Origin: an uncultured Alcaligenaceae bacterium
Lineage (GTDB): Bacteria; Pseudomonadota; Gammaproteobacteria; Burkholderiales; Burkholderiaceae_B
Assembly (NCBI GenBank): GCA_937896225.1
Contig: CALBMZ010000063.1
Location: 74,200-138,199, forward strand
Length of the DNA: 64,000 nt
Reading direction: 5' to 3'
Shown: positions 37,730 to 46,579 of the stretch, piece after piece
Numbering within the stretch: position 1 is the stretch's first letter
Layout: every line of letters begins with the position of its first letter
Program-made: the position numbers and the translations under genes
Notes under the pieces: generated by a model
Databases searched by the model: none
The model's input: only the letters and a program-made list of their open reading frames with translations
Told to the model about the DNA's origin: nothing

Positions 37730-39439
37730 TCAACTTTTGAGGCAATAAGTGCTTAAAACGGCCTCGACATACTCTAAGTCAGATGTTGTGACGAGTGCAT
37801 GCCCAATATGAGGCATCACCACAAAATGAATGGTACCGGCTTGTGATTTTTTGTCACCCTGCATATGAGTGAGCCACTCTTGCGTACCCGACAAACTTGG
37901 AGCGCGCGTGGGACAACCTATGTCAGCGACAATTTTTTCAACACGCGCGACATCAGCCTCACTCAAACCCGCAACTTTTGCTGATAGGGCGGCTGCCATA
38001 ACCAAACCACAACCTACCGCCTCACCGTGCAACCACTCTCCGTAGCCAAGACCCGCCTCAATAGCATGACCAAACGTATGGCCTAAATTCAAGAGGGCTC
38101 TTTGCCCTGCCTCACGCTCATCTGCCGAAACAACTTCAGCTTTAAACGCACACGAACGCCGAATCGCTTCGCCTAATAATAACGGGTCTCGAGACTTAAG
38201 GGCTGTTGCGTTTTGCTCACACCACGCAAAAAAATCAGCGTTCATAATCAGACCATATTTCACTACTTCAGCCAAACCAGCAGAAATTTCACGGTCAGGC
38301 AGGGTGGCAAGCACATCGGTATCGATTATGACGGCGATGGGTTGATAAAACGCACCGATCATATTTTTACCCAAAGGGTGATTAACAGCGGTTTTGCCAC
38401 CCACTGAAGAATCGACTTGAGCCAACAAAGTAGTGGGCACCTGCACGAAACGAATGCCACGCATATAAACTGCAGCCGCAAAACCTGCCATATCACCAAT
38501 TACACCGCCCCCTAAGGCCACAATGACCGCACGACGATCAAGTTGTGCTGACAACATTTCATCAAAAATTGTGTTTAGGGTGGACCAGTCTTTATATGCC
38601 TCACCATCAGGCAAAGTAATGGTCAAGGTTTTAAACCCTTTAGCCTGAATAGATTGGCGCACGCGGTCGCCGTAAAGCTGATCAACCACAGAGTTTGTCA
38701 CCACCGCCACCATCGTGGCATCTACAGGTATACATTCGCCGACCAGATCAAGCTGGCCTGGAGCAATATGAATAGGGTAATGGCCACCTGGTGTGGCAAC
38801 TTCAACGGTATGCATAGAAAGGGTTCCGGAAGTAGAATGAGAATTCGAATTGGGGCCATCAGCCCCTAAGGCCTGGGGCAGCTGTTGGATCACTTTTAGC
38901 TTGAGTGGTTGCGAAAGCTTAAATTGACGAACTTGCTCAATCAACTCGTGCACCACTGCAGAAATAGTTGAGGAGCCCGTGTCTAAAATAATGTCCGCAA
39001 TTGACTTATAAAAGGGCTCACGCTCTATTAGCAAACGCTGTAACGTCGCACGAGGGTCACCTGTGGCGAGAAGGGGGCGATTGCGATCGCGAGCCGTTCG
39101 TCGATAAAGATCTTCAACGGAGGCACGTAAATAAATAACGACGCCTCGTTGTTTAAGATTTTCTCGGTTTTCTTGAGCAATGATGGCGCCACCACCCGTG
39201 GCCAAAATGATTTTTGGCATCTGGGTCATTTCTTCTAAGACCTGTGATTCACGCTTACGAAAGCCCTCTTCGCCCTCTATTTCAAAGACAACAGGTATGC
39301 GTACACCGCATCGCGCCTCGATTTCATGGTCAAGGTCAACAAAAGTTCTATGCAAGGTACGTGCCAGGTTTTTACCAATAGTGGTTTTACCTGAACCCAT
39401 CATGCCAACCAGAAAAATTGAAGGTTCATCATCATTCAT
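37730..39439 (-). CDS. aroKB: fused shikimate kinase / 3-dehydroquinate synthase
   Basis: Residues 1 to about 172 are AroK (P-loop GMMGSGKTT). Residues 209-569 are AroB (GGGVIGDMAGFAAA, VPTTLLAQVDSSVGGKTAVN, LNLGHTFGHAIE). A linker of about 36 aa joins them in one uninterrupted frame. Confidence 0.9.
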   Translation of the reverse strand: MNDDEPSIFLVGMMGSGKTTIGKNLARTLHRTFVDLDHEIEARCGVRIPVVFEIEGEEGFRKRESQVLEEMTQMPKIILATGGGAIIAQENRENLKQRGVVIYLRASVEDLYRRTARDRNRPLLATGDPRATLQRLLIEREPFYKSIADIILDTGSSTISAVVHELIEQVRQFKLSQPLKLKVIQQLPQALGADGPNSNSHSTSGTLSMHTVEVATPGGHYPIHIAPGQLDLVGECIPVDATMVAVVTNSVVDQLYGDRVRQSIQAKGFKTLTITLPDGEAYKDWSTLNTIFDEMLSAQLDRRAVIVALGGGVIGDMAGFAAAVYMRGIRFVQVPTTLLAQVDSSVGGKTAVNHPLGKNMIGAFYQPIAVIIDTDVLATLPDREISAGLAEVVKYGLIMNADFFAWCEQNATALKSRDPLLLGEAIRRSCAFKAEVVSADEREAGQRALLNLGHTFGHAIEAGLGYGEWLHGEAVGCGLVMAAALSAKVAGLSEADVARVEKIVADIGCPTRAPSLSGTQEWLTHMQGDKKSQAGTIHFVVMPHIGHALVTTSDLEYVEAVLSTYCLKS

Positions 39440-39486
39440 AACAACATTATCCCATTGCTTGGCCTCTCAGCGTAAAATTATAGGTA

Positions 39487-41889
39487 ATGAGCAAATCTAC
39501 CCAACATCGCGCATCCGACGACAGCGTTTCGTCGCCTTCAAGCAGCCCTTGGTTTATCAGGCTGTTTTTAAAACTTTTCCTTTTTAGCTTAGGCCTTGGC
39601 GTCGCAGGTCTTTTGTTAGCGTCTATTGCTGTTTCCATTGCATGGCCTAACTTGCCTGACTTAAATGCCATGACCGACTACCGGCCAAGGGTGCCTCTGC
39701 GCGTTTACACCGCAGACAAAGTATTAATCGGCGAGTTTGGTGAAGAGCGCCGTAACGTTTTACGTTTCAGCGAGTTTCCAGACGTCTTGAAATCAGCCGT
39801 TTTATCAGCTGAAGACGACCGTTTTTATCAGCATGGCGGTATCGACTGGATGGGTGTCGCCCGTGCGGGTTTAGCCAACATCATGGCCATGTCTAAAACG
39901 CAAGGGGCTAGCACCATTACTATGCAGGTGGCTCGAAATTTTTATCTTTCGTCTGAAAAAACCTGGTCACGTAAGTTTTACGAACTACTACTGACGTTTA
40001 AAATTGAATCGAGTTTAAGTAAAAACCAAATTTTAGAACTTTATCTTAACCAAATTTATTTAGGTCAAAGGTCTTACGGTTTTTCTACGGCAGCACGCAC
40101 GTATTTTGGTAAAACTGTTTCTGAACTTACTGCGGCTGAAGCCGCAATGCTGGCAGGCATTCCCAAAGCGCCCTCACGATTTAACCCTATTTCAAATATT
40201 AAACGTGCAACCATTCGCCAGCATTACGTATTGGGTCGTATGCAATCGCTGGGCTACTTAACTGAGTCAGAATACAAAGCCGCTATGGTGGCACCAATTG
40301 TGTTGCGCTCCGGTCAAGGTACCCCAAGCGGTGGCTATGCCGTGCACGGTGAATACGCATCTGAGTTAGCGCGTCAGTTGCTATTTTCAATATACGGTGA
40401 AGATATTTATTCACGCGGTCTGAATGTCTACACCACCATTCTTGCCAAAGACCAAGAAGCCGCTTGGTCATCTTTACGTGAGGGTGTGCTTGACTACACC
40501 CGCCGAGCTCGCTACCCTGGCCCAGAAGATCAGGTCAAATTACCAACAGGTATTGAAAACAACGTCGCACAATTTGATGAAATTTTTGACGATGTACTTG
40601 AGAAACATCCTGATGCGGTAGGTTTTTTGACTGCAATTGTGCTGTCTGCTAGCCCTAATGAAGTGAAGTTGGCACGTAGCCCAACTGACATTATCACCAT
40701 CACCGACAGAAAAATATTAGCTATTGTGTCACGTGCGCTTAACCCCAAAGCACCTTCAGCCGAACGTATTCAAAGGGGCTCCGTGGTCTACATCAACAAA
40801 GACCAAGACAAATGGGAAATTTTAAATCTACCCGAAGTTCAAGCGGCCTTTATTGCCCTCACTCCGCAAGACGGCGCCATACGTGCCATGGTCGGGGGCT
40901 TTGACTTTTATCGCGGCAATTTTAATCGTGTCACCCAGGCTTGGCGTCAACCCGGTTCAGCGTTTAAACCCTTCATCTATGCTGCCTCACTTGAGCGAGG
41001 TTTAACACCTAGCACCCTTATTTCAGATCAACCGTTTTCATTAACAGCTGCTCAAACCGGTTCAAATAAAGATTGGAACCCTAAAAACTATGGCAATGAT
41101 TACGAAGAGTCTTTCACCATGCGCGAAGCCATCGCACGCTCTAAAAACATGGTTTCTATTCGTATTTTGCAAGCTATTACACCTCAATACGCCCAAGACT
41201 ATATTTCACGTTTTGGTTTTGATCGTGCCAAACACCCCGCATTCCTTCCCATGGCGCTAGGTTCAGGGGCAGTCACACCTATGCAGATAGCAACTGGGTA
41301 TGCTGTTTTTGCCAATGGTGGTTACCGTGTCACACCTTTTTTAATTGACCGAGTGACCGACTCTGATGGCACCTTATTAATGCAAGCGCGGCCCACTATT
41401 GCTGGCGACGTGGCTGCACGAGCTATTGACCCACGCACCGCATACGTGATGGACGACCTGCTACGCGGGGTGGCTACAAATGGCACGGCTGCCAAAGCGC
41501 GGCAAGCGCTTAAACGCGATGACATAGCGGGCAAAACCGGCACTACAAATGATTCTGTAGATGCTTGGTTTGCTGGCTACACACCAAACTTAGTGGGTGT
41601 GGCTTGGCTAGGCTTTGATCAACCTAAATCATTGGGCACTCGCGAAACAGGTGGCGGTGCCGCACTACCGATTTGGTTAGGTTACATGCAAGAGGCGCTT
41701 AAAGCGTTTCCTGTTCAAAAGCGCGGTTTGCCACCGGGCGGCCTCATCGTTGATGGCAATAATATGTATTTCAGCGAATTTCCACCAGGCCAAGCCGTTA
41801 CCCGGATTGGTATTGATGAAAAACCTGCTTCACAAGATGCCATTGGCGATTTAATTAACAGTCTCAGTGGTAGCACGCCGACAAATTAA
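39487..41889 (+). CDS. mrcA: penicillin-binding protein 1A (bifunctional glycosyltransferase/transpeptidase)
   Basis: Has a TM anchor, the GT51 motifs EDDRFYQHGGID and RKFYE, and the transpeptidase motifs SAFKPF (SxxK), SKN and KTGTT. Confidence 0.95.
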   Translation: MSKSTQHRASDDSVSSPSSSPWFIRLFLKLFLFSLGLGVAGLLLASIAVSIAWPNLPDLNAMTDYRPRVPLRVYTADKVLIGEFGEERRNVLRFSEFPDVLKSAVLSAEDDRFYQHGGIDWMGVARAGLANIMAMSKTQGASTITMQVARNFYLSSEKTWSRKFYELLLTFKIESSLSKNQILELYLNQIYLGQRSYGFSTAARTYFGKTVSELTAAEAAMLAGIPKAPSRFNPISNIKRATIRQHYVLGRMQSLGYLTESEYKAAMVAPIVLRSGQGTPSGGYAVHGEYASELARQLLFSIYGEDIYSRGLNVYTTILAKDQEAAWSSLREGVLDYTRRARYPGPEDQVKLPTGIENNVAQFDEIFDDVLEKHPDAVGFLTAIVLSASPNEVKLARSPTDIITITDRKILAIVSRALNPKAPSAERIQRGSVVYINKDQDKWEILNLPEVQAAFIALTPQDGAIRAMVGGFDFYRGNFNRVTQAWRQPGSAFKPFIYAASLERGLTPSTLISDQPFSLTAAQTGSNKDWNPKNYGNDYEESFTMREAIARSKNMVSIRILQAITPQYAQDYISRFGFDRAKHPAFLPMALGSGAVTPMQIATGYAVFANGGYRVTPFLIDRVTDSDGTLLMQARPTIAGDVAARAIDPRTAYVMDDLLRGVATNGTAAKARQALKRDDIAGKTGTTNDSVDAWFAGYTPNLVGVAWLGFDQPKSLGTRETGGGAALPIWLGYMQEALKAFPVQKRGLPPGGLIVDGNNMYFSEFPPGQAVTRIGIDEKPASQDAIGDLINSLSGSTPTN

Positions 41890-42215
41890 ACTTTGACAGA
41901 AATAGCGTGCCCTGTGGCAGCAGAAAAAATCTGCGACAAGGCTTCGTGCATCACCAAACCACCGCGCGTATCTTGCCAGTGTTGGCCATCAAATGCGTAA
42001 TGAAAACCACCACTTGGGGCTGCTACCCATATTTGCTGCATAGGGGCTTGACTATTTATCACAACAGGCGTGACATTATCAAACATTAAGTTCAATACAT
42101 TGGCTTCACGTTTGGCATCAACATCAACATCTAAACGTTCGAACCAATCGTCAACTTGCAGCTCTAGAGCGTCTAAAATACCTTTAACGCGGTTATCAAA
42201 TTCTGTTTCAGTCAT
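41886..42215 (-). CDS. cyaY: iron-sulfur cluster assembly protein CyaY (frataxin homologue)
   Basis: 109 aa with an acidic N-terminal helix and the QIWVAAPSGGFHY motif. Confidence 0.9.
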   Translation of the reverse strand: MTETEFDNRVKGILDALELQVDDWFERLDVDVDAKREANVLNLMFDNVTPVVINSQAPMQQIWVAAPSGGFHYAFDGQHWQDTRGGLVMHEALSQIFSAATGHAISVKV

Positions 42216-42247
42216 AATATTTTTCCTGTCATCTACCGGAGCTTGAC

Positions 42248-42514
42248 GTGAGTTTTTCGAATCAAAAGCGTATTACGGGTTGTATCACGATATCAGTTTT
42301 AGGGTTAGCATTACTGACAGGTTGTGGTTTTAAAGGGCCTTTATATCTACCCCCCCCACCTGATACGTTAAGTGGCAAGTCGACGGGTTCATCAAATCAA
42401 ACCGACCAACCAAGCTCACAAACATCTGAGCAATCGGGGTCTGTTGTATCGCCGTACTCGCCCTATATGCAACAGAACCCCTCACTTGAACCCGCACCCC
42501 GCATAATCGAATAA
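42248..42514 (+). CDS. lptM: small lipoprotein, LptM(YifL)-like
   Basis: Lipobox LLTGC followed by GFKGPLYLPP, as in YifL/LptM. It sits between cyaY and a DAP-pathway gene, as in other proteobacteria. GTG start. The tail is rich in Ser, Pro and Gln. Confidence 0.6.
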   Translation: MSFSNQKRITGCITISVLGLALLTGCGFKGPLYLPPPPDTLSGKSTGSSNQTDQPSSQTSEQSGSVVSPYSPYMQQNPSLEPAPRIIE

Positions 42515-42549
42515 TCTGTCTCATGACTCGTCACTTTAAAGAATAGAAC

Positions 42550-43851
42550 ATGTCTGTATTAAACACACTCGCACAACCTTTCTCGCCTGCTGGCTTTCCC
42601 CATTTTCATTACGATCAAGGTCAATTGTTCGCTGAGGGTAGTAAATTAGCCGAAATAGCCCAACAAGTCGGCACGCCCTGCTACGTCTATTCAAAAGCGG
42701 CCATTACCCAAGCTTGGCAAGCCTATCAAGCTGCTATTGGTACACGCCGAGTTTTAGTTTGTTATGGCATGAAAGCGAACAGTAACTTGTCCATTTTGAA
42801 TACTTTTAGAGCCTTAGGTAGCGGTTTTGATATTGTCTCTGGCGGTGAACTGGCACGTGTTTTAAAGGTGGGTGCCGACCCTAAAAAAATAGTTTTCTCA
42901 GGTGTAGGTAAACAAACATGGGAAATTGAACACGCAATAAAGGTTGGCGTGAAATGTTTTAACGTTGAGTCAGCCTCTGAGCTTAAGCGAATTTCTCAGG
43001 TTGCAAGCGCCCTAAAAGCAACCGCCACGATTTCCTTGCGCGTGAACCCCGATGTTGATGCACAAACTCACCCCTATATTTCAACAGGTTTAAAAGAAAA
43101 TAAGTTTGGCATTGCCATTGAAGATGCCCTTCAAACCTATCAATTGGCCGCTACATTACCCGGTTTACAAGTTGTTGGGGTCGATTGTCATATCGGCTCT
43201 CAAATCACTGAAACAGCCCCCTATTTAGATGCACTTGATAAGCTTTTAGCCCTAATTGATACGCTCAAAGAAAACGGCATTGCACTCAAACATTTAGACC
43301 TAGGTGGAGGTTTGGGTATTCGTTATGACGACGAAACACCGCTCGCTCCAAGTTTGTTACTGAGTGCTATTTTTACGGTAATAGATCAGCGCGGGTACTC
43401 AGATCTTGAATTGGTTTTTGAGCCGGGCCGCTCATTGGTTGGTAACGCGGGCGTTCTAATGACAACTGTTCAATACCTCAAACACACTGAAGCACGTAAT
43501 TTTGCCATCATTGATGCAGGTATGAATGATCTTATTCGCCCAGCCCTCTACCAAGCTTGGCATGGCGTCTTGCCGCTTGATTTGCCAAAGGCTGAGCTTG
43601 CCACGCATCATTACGATTTAGTTGGCCCAGTCTGCGAAAGCGCTGACTGGTTGGCCAAACAGCGCCTATTAGACTTACAAGAAGATCAAGTGTTAGCCCT
43701 CGACTCAGCGGGTGCTTATGGCTTTGTCATGGCCTGTAACTACAATACTCGCGGTCGACCTGCAGAGGTCTTGGTTGACGGGTCAACATGGCACATTATT
43801 AGAACACGCGAGACATTTGAAGACATGATACGGGGCGAATCTCTGCCTTAA
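42550..43851 (+). CDS. lysA: diaminopimelate decarboxylase
   Basis: Carries YGMKAN (PLP lysine), GGGLGI, EPGRSLVG and GPVCESAD motifs. Confidence 0.95.
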   Translation: MSVLNTLAQPFSPAGFPHFHYDQGQLFAEGSKLAEIAQQVGTPCYVYSKAAITQAWQAYQAAIGTRRVLVCYGMKANSNLSILNTFRALGSGFDIVSGGELARVLKVGADPKKIVFSGVGKQTWEIEHAIKVGVKCFNVESASELKRISQVASALKATATISLRVNPDVDAQTHPYISTGLKENKFGIAIEDALQTYQLAATLPGLQVVGVDCHIGSQITETAPYLDALDKLLALIDTLKENGIALKHLDLGGGLGIRYDDETPLAPSLLLSAIFTVIDQRGYSDLELVFEPGRSLVGNAGVLMTTVQYLKHTEARNFAIIDAGMNDLIRPALYQAWHGVLPLDLPKAELATHHYDLVGPVCESADWLAKQRLLDLQEDQVLALDSAGAYGFVMACNYNTRGRPAEVLVDGSTWHIIRTRETFEDMIRGESLP

Positions 43852-43910
43852 CACGACACAATTTGGCTACTTAGCTACTTCGCTTCTTAGGTGGTGTATT
43901 GGTATTGTGC

Positions 43911-45131
43911 TTAGTTGAGTGATTTTGTCCAGATGTGTCGATTTGTCCAAAGTAAAACCAACACCATCAAGGCAGGCAACATCAGTAGAGTGAAGCTCAC
44001 ACCATAACTGTGAAACGTTGCAGCAATAAAACCAAACAATGGTGGCCCAAACAATACCCCCATAAAGGTAAAGCCGAGTGTGCCGCCCGTAGCCATTCCC
44101 GCTTGGCCTTTTGGTGCTTGTCGAGCAACCTCAGCCAGGTAAACCCCATTCCAACCAATTGCAGTTGCACCCAACACGATTAGTATTAAGAATAAATAGA
44201 GATGGGGCGTATTTGCAGTTAATGCGCCAGTCGCAACAGTGACCATGGCTAAGCCTACCGCAATGGTCATGAGCATTTTGCTCGAGCCTAGCCAATTATC
44301 GGCCATCCAACCCCAAACAATTCGACCTATTACACCGGCGGCCTGCGCCACAGTTAATGCCACGCCTGCAGCCACCAGCCCCCAACCCAAATCTTCAAAC
44401 AAATAAGTCACTAGATATGTTGTAACCGATACTTGTGTGACAGAAAACATAAGCGACACAATCGCTAAGATACGCAAACTTTTATGTTGCCAAACCAATT
44501 TGACGGGTTGAACCAAGCTTTGCACAATTGAAGCACGTGCACTTGGGTCTCGATCGTGGTCGAGTGCGGCGCGTAGGGGCTTAACAAGCCAAGCACAAAT
44601 TAGACAAGCAATTGCTACAGAAATCGTCGCTAATTGCCATCCAAACCAGCCTTCAACGCTGGGTAAGATCAAACCAGCCAACATACCACCGACCGGAACA
44701 CCCGTTTGTTTAATAGAAAAAACGAGAGACAAACGTTCAGGAGGGGTTGACTGTATTAATAAATGTGAGCTGGCTGGGGTAATGGGCCCGTAACCCAAAC
44801 CAATGAACATGGCACCCAAAACAATTGTGACAGGGTGTGCAACCGCACACATGATCAAACCAAATGAGGTAATACCTAAACAAATTTGGCTTAAACCCAA
44901 TGCACCCCATCGTTTAACGGCAGCACCACCTAAGATACTTGCAAACATGGCAGCAAGATACACCGCTGCCACGTACAGACCCACAAACGCAGGTGATACG
45001 CCTATTGAATCGCCAACAACAGGCGCCATCACCGGTAAGGTAATGAGTGCCATTGAGCTAAGCGCCTGAATAGCCAGAGTAGCAGTCAACACCCACGTTG
45101 AATTAGGATGTTGTCCTTGCGATACTGTCAT
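43911..45131 (-). CDS. MFS transporter
   Basis: 406 aa with a 12-TM-like hydrophobicity pattern. The substrate is unknown. Confidence 0.8.
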   Translation of the reverse strand: MTVSQGQHPNSTWVLTATLAIQALSSMALITLPVMAPVVGDSIGVSPAFVGLYVAAVYLAAMFASILGGAAVKRWGALGLSQICLGITSFGLIMCAVAHPVTIVLGAMFIGLGYGPITPASSHLLIQSTPPERLSLVFSIKQTGVPVGGMLAGLILPSVEGWFGWQLATISVAIACLICAWLVKPLRAALDHDRDPSARASIVQSLVQPVKLVWQHKSLRILAIVSLMFSVTQVSVTTYLVTYLFEDLGWGLVAAGVALTVAQAAGVIGRIVWGWMADNWLGSSKMLMTIAVGLAMVTVATGALTANTPHLYLFLILIVLGATAIGWNGVYLAEVARQAPKGQAGMATGGTLGFTFMGVLFGPPLFGFIAATFHSYGVSFTLLMLPALMVLVLLWTNRHIWTKSLN

Positions 45132-45143
45132 ATGACCTTGATA

Positions 45144-45190
45144 TTTTTCGGTTGTTATAGACGTATTTTAAAGCCATAACAACCGAAAAA
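45144..45190. repeat. perfect 15-bp inverted repeat with 17-nt loop
   Basis: TTTTTCGGTTGTTAT (45144-45158) is the exact reverse complement of ATAACAACCGAAAAA (45176-45190). On both strands the T-run precedes the stem and the A-run follows it, the opposite of a canonical intrinsic terminator. Confidence 0.85.
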
Positions 45191-45238
45191 AAATTTGGCG
45201 CCTCAGATTGAATTACATTTTTTTGACTTACAGTTGAC

Positions 45239-46579
45239 CTAGAGCGCACCGTAAGAATGTAGGCCCGACAAAAACATATTAACGCCCAAGAATGCAAAGC
45301 CCGTGATTAGTAAGCCAACCAAAGCCCAGTAAGCCGAAACCGTGCCACGCATACCTTTCATTAAACGTAAATGTAACCAAGCTGCGTAATTTAGCCAAAC
45401 AATAAGCGCCCAAGTTTCTTTAGGGTCCCATTGCCAATAAGCACCCCAAGCATCGGCTGCCCATAGTGCACCTAAAATCGTTGCGACGGTAAAAAATGCA
45501 AAACCAATGGCAATTGCTCGATACATAATATCGTCAAGCACCTCAAACGACGGCAGTTTATCGGCAATAGGGCGACGAAACAATAAGATGGTGCCCACCA
45601 CAACGGCACCAATACCAAAATAAATCATCCATGTTGCTGATAAACCATCAGAGCGAAACACCATGGGTTCGGCAGCAAGTAAAACGCCCATGATGAACAA
45701 TGGCGCAAGCTTTACCCATGAGCGAGTATGACCATTTTCTTTTACCAAATAAGCAAAACCCACCATGGCCGCTAATGAGAATGTGCCATAACCAATAAAG
45801 TTAGCCGGTACATGTATCTTCATCCACCAGCTCTTTAAAGCCGGTACCAAAGGTTGAATTTGATAGGCATCGCGTGTAATTGAGTACCACATCAAGAAAA
45901 CGACCGTTGAGGTGACAATCAACATCACAAAGCCACCCAAAGCACGGGTGTTATAACGTTTCTCGTAATACAGGTAAAACAAAGACGTAATGATAGCAAA
46001 TAGAACAAAAACTTCGTATAGATTACTAACCGGTATATGACCTAAATCGGGCCCTAACAAGTGACCCTCGCGCCAGCGTACCAACAAGCCTGTTGTGCCA
46101 GCAAACACTGCACCCCAAGTCAGCGCCGTGCCCAACCAAGCCGCCGTCTTACTAAACAAACCGACCCAGTAGCAAATGGTGGCAACAATAAACAACACGC
46201 ACATCCATAAAATGGCTGATTGCGATGAAAACAAATACTTTAATAAAAAAACCTGGTCTGCTCGCGCTAAGTCAGATTGATACAACCATATAGCAAATAG
46301 TGCGGCTAAACCACTCGCCACTAAAATAGTTCGCAATGGTCGCCATAACCAACCCAACCAAACCAGGAAAGGCACTGCAGACACCAAAATAATTTTTTCG
46401 TAGTAGTCCATCGATTGTGGGTATTGCTTCAATGCATAAGCAACCCCGAGCGACAATAAAATGAAAAAAACAAAGTCTGTCCAGTCAATACGACGTTTAA
46501 TGAAGCGCGACTCATGGCGATCGTTAGGGTCATTTAAGTCACCCCATTGCTGAGTTGACGGAGCTGTCGTAGTATTCAT
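45239..46579 (-). CDS. ccsB: c-type cytochrome biogenesis protein CcsB (ResC/CcsA-type haem handling)
   Basis: Carries the WGAYWQWDPKETW tryptophan-rich (WWD) motif and is polytopic. ATGA overlap with resB. Confidence 0.92.
   Translation of the reverse strand: MNTTTAPSTQQWGDLNDPNDRHESRFIKRRIDWTDFVFFILLSLGVAYALKQYPQSMDYYEKIILVSAVPFLVWLGWLWRPLRTILVASGLAALFAIWLYQSDLARADQVFLLKYLFSSQSAILWMCVLFIVATICYWVGLFSKTAAWLGTALTWGAVFAGTTGLLVRWREGHLLGPDLGHIPVSNLYEVFVLFAIITSLFYLYYEKRYNTRALGGFVMLIVTSTVVFLMWYSITRDAYQIQPLVPALKSWWMKIHVPANFIGYGTFSLAAMVGFAYLVKENGHTRSWVKLAPLFIMGVLLAAEPMVFRSDGLSATWMIYFGIGAVVVGTILLFRRPIADKLPSFEVLDDIMYRAIAIGFAFFTVATILGALWAADAWGAYWQWDPKETWALIVWLNYAAWLHLRLMKGMRGTVSAYWALVGLLITGFAFLGVNMFLSGLHSYGAL

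Noticed and set aside
38841-38852. GAATTCGAATTG sequence and other TTCGAA-containing stretches, checked as possible tRNA T-arms.
   Set aside because: They lie inside coding sequence (the aroKB linker, rplR, lipB) and have no acceptor or anticodon stem context.
39180-39587. 135-aa plus-strand ORF spanning the antisense strand of the aroK 5' end and the start of mrcA.
   Set aside because: It is out of frame with mrcA and antisense to the conserved P-loop region of aroK, and it has no recognisable motifs. It is most simply a chance open frame.
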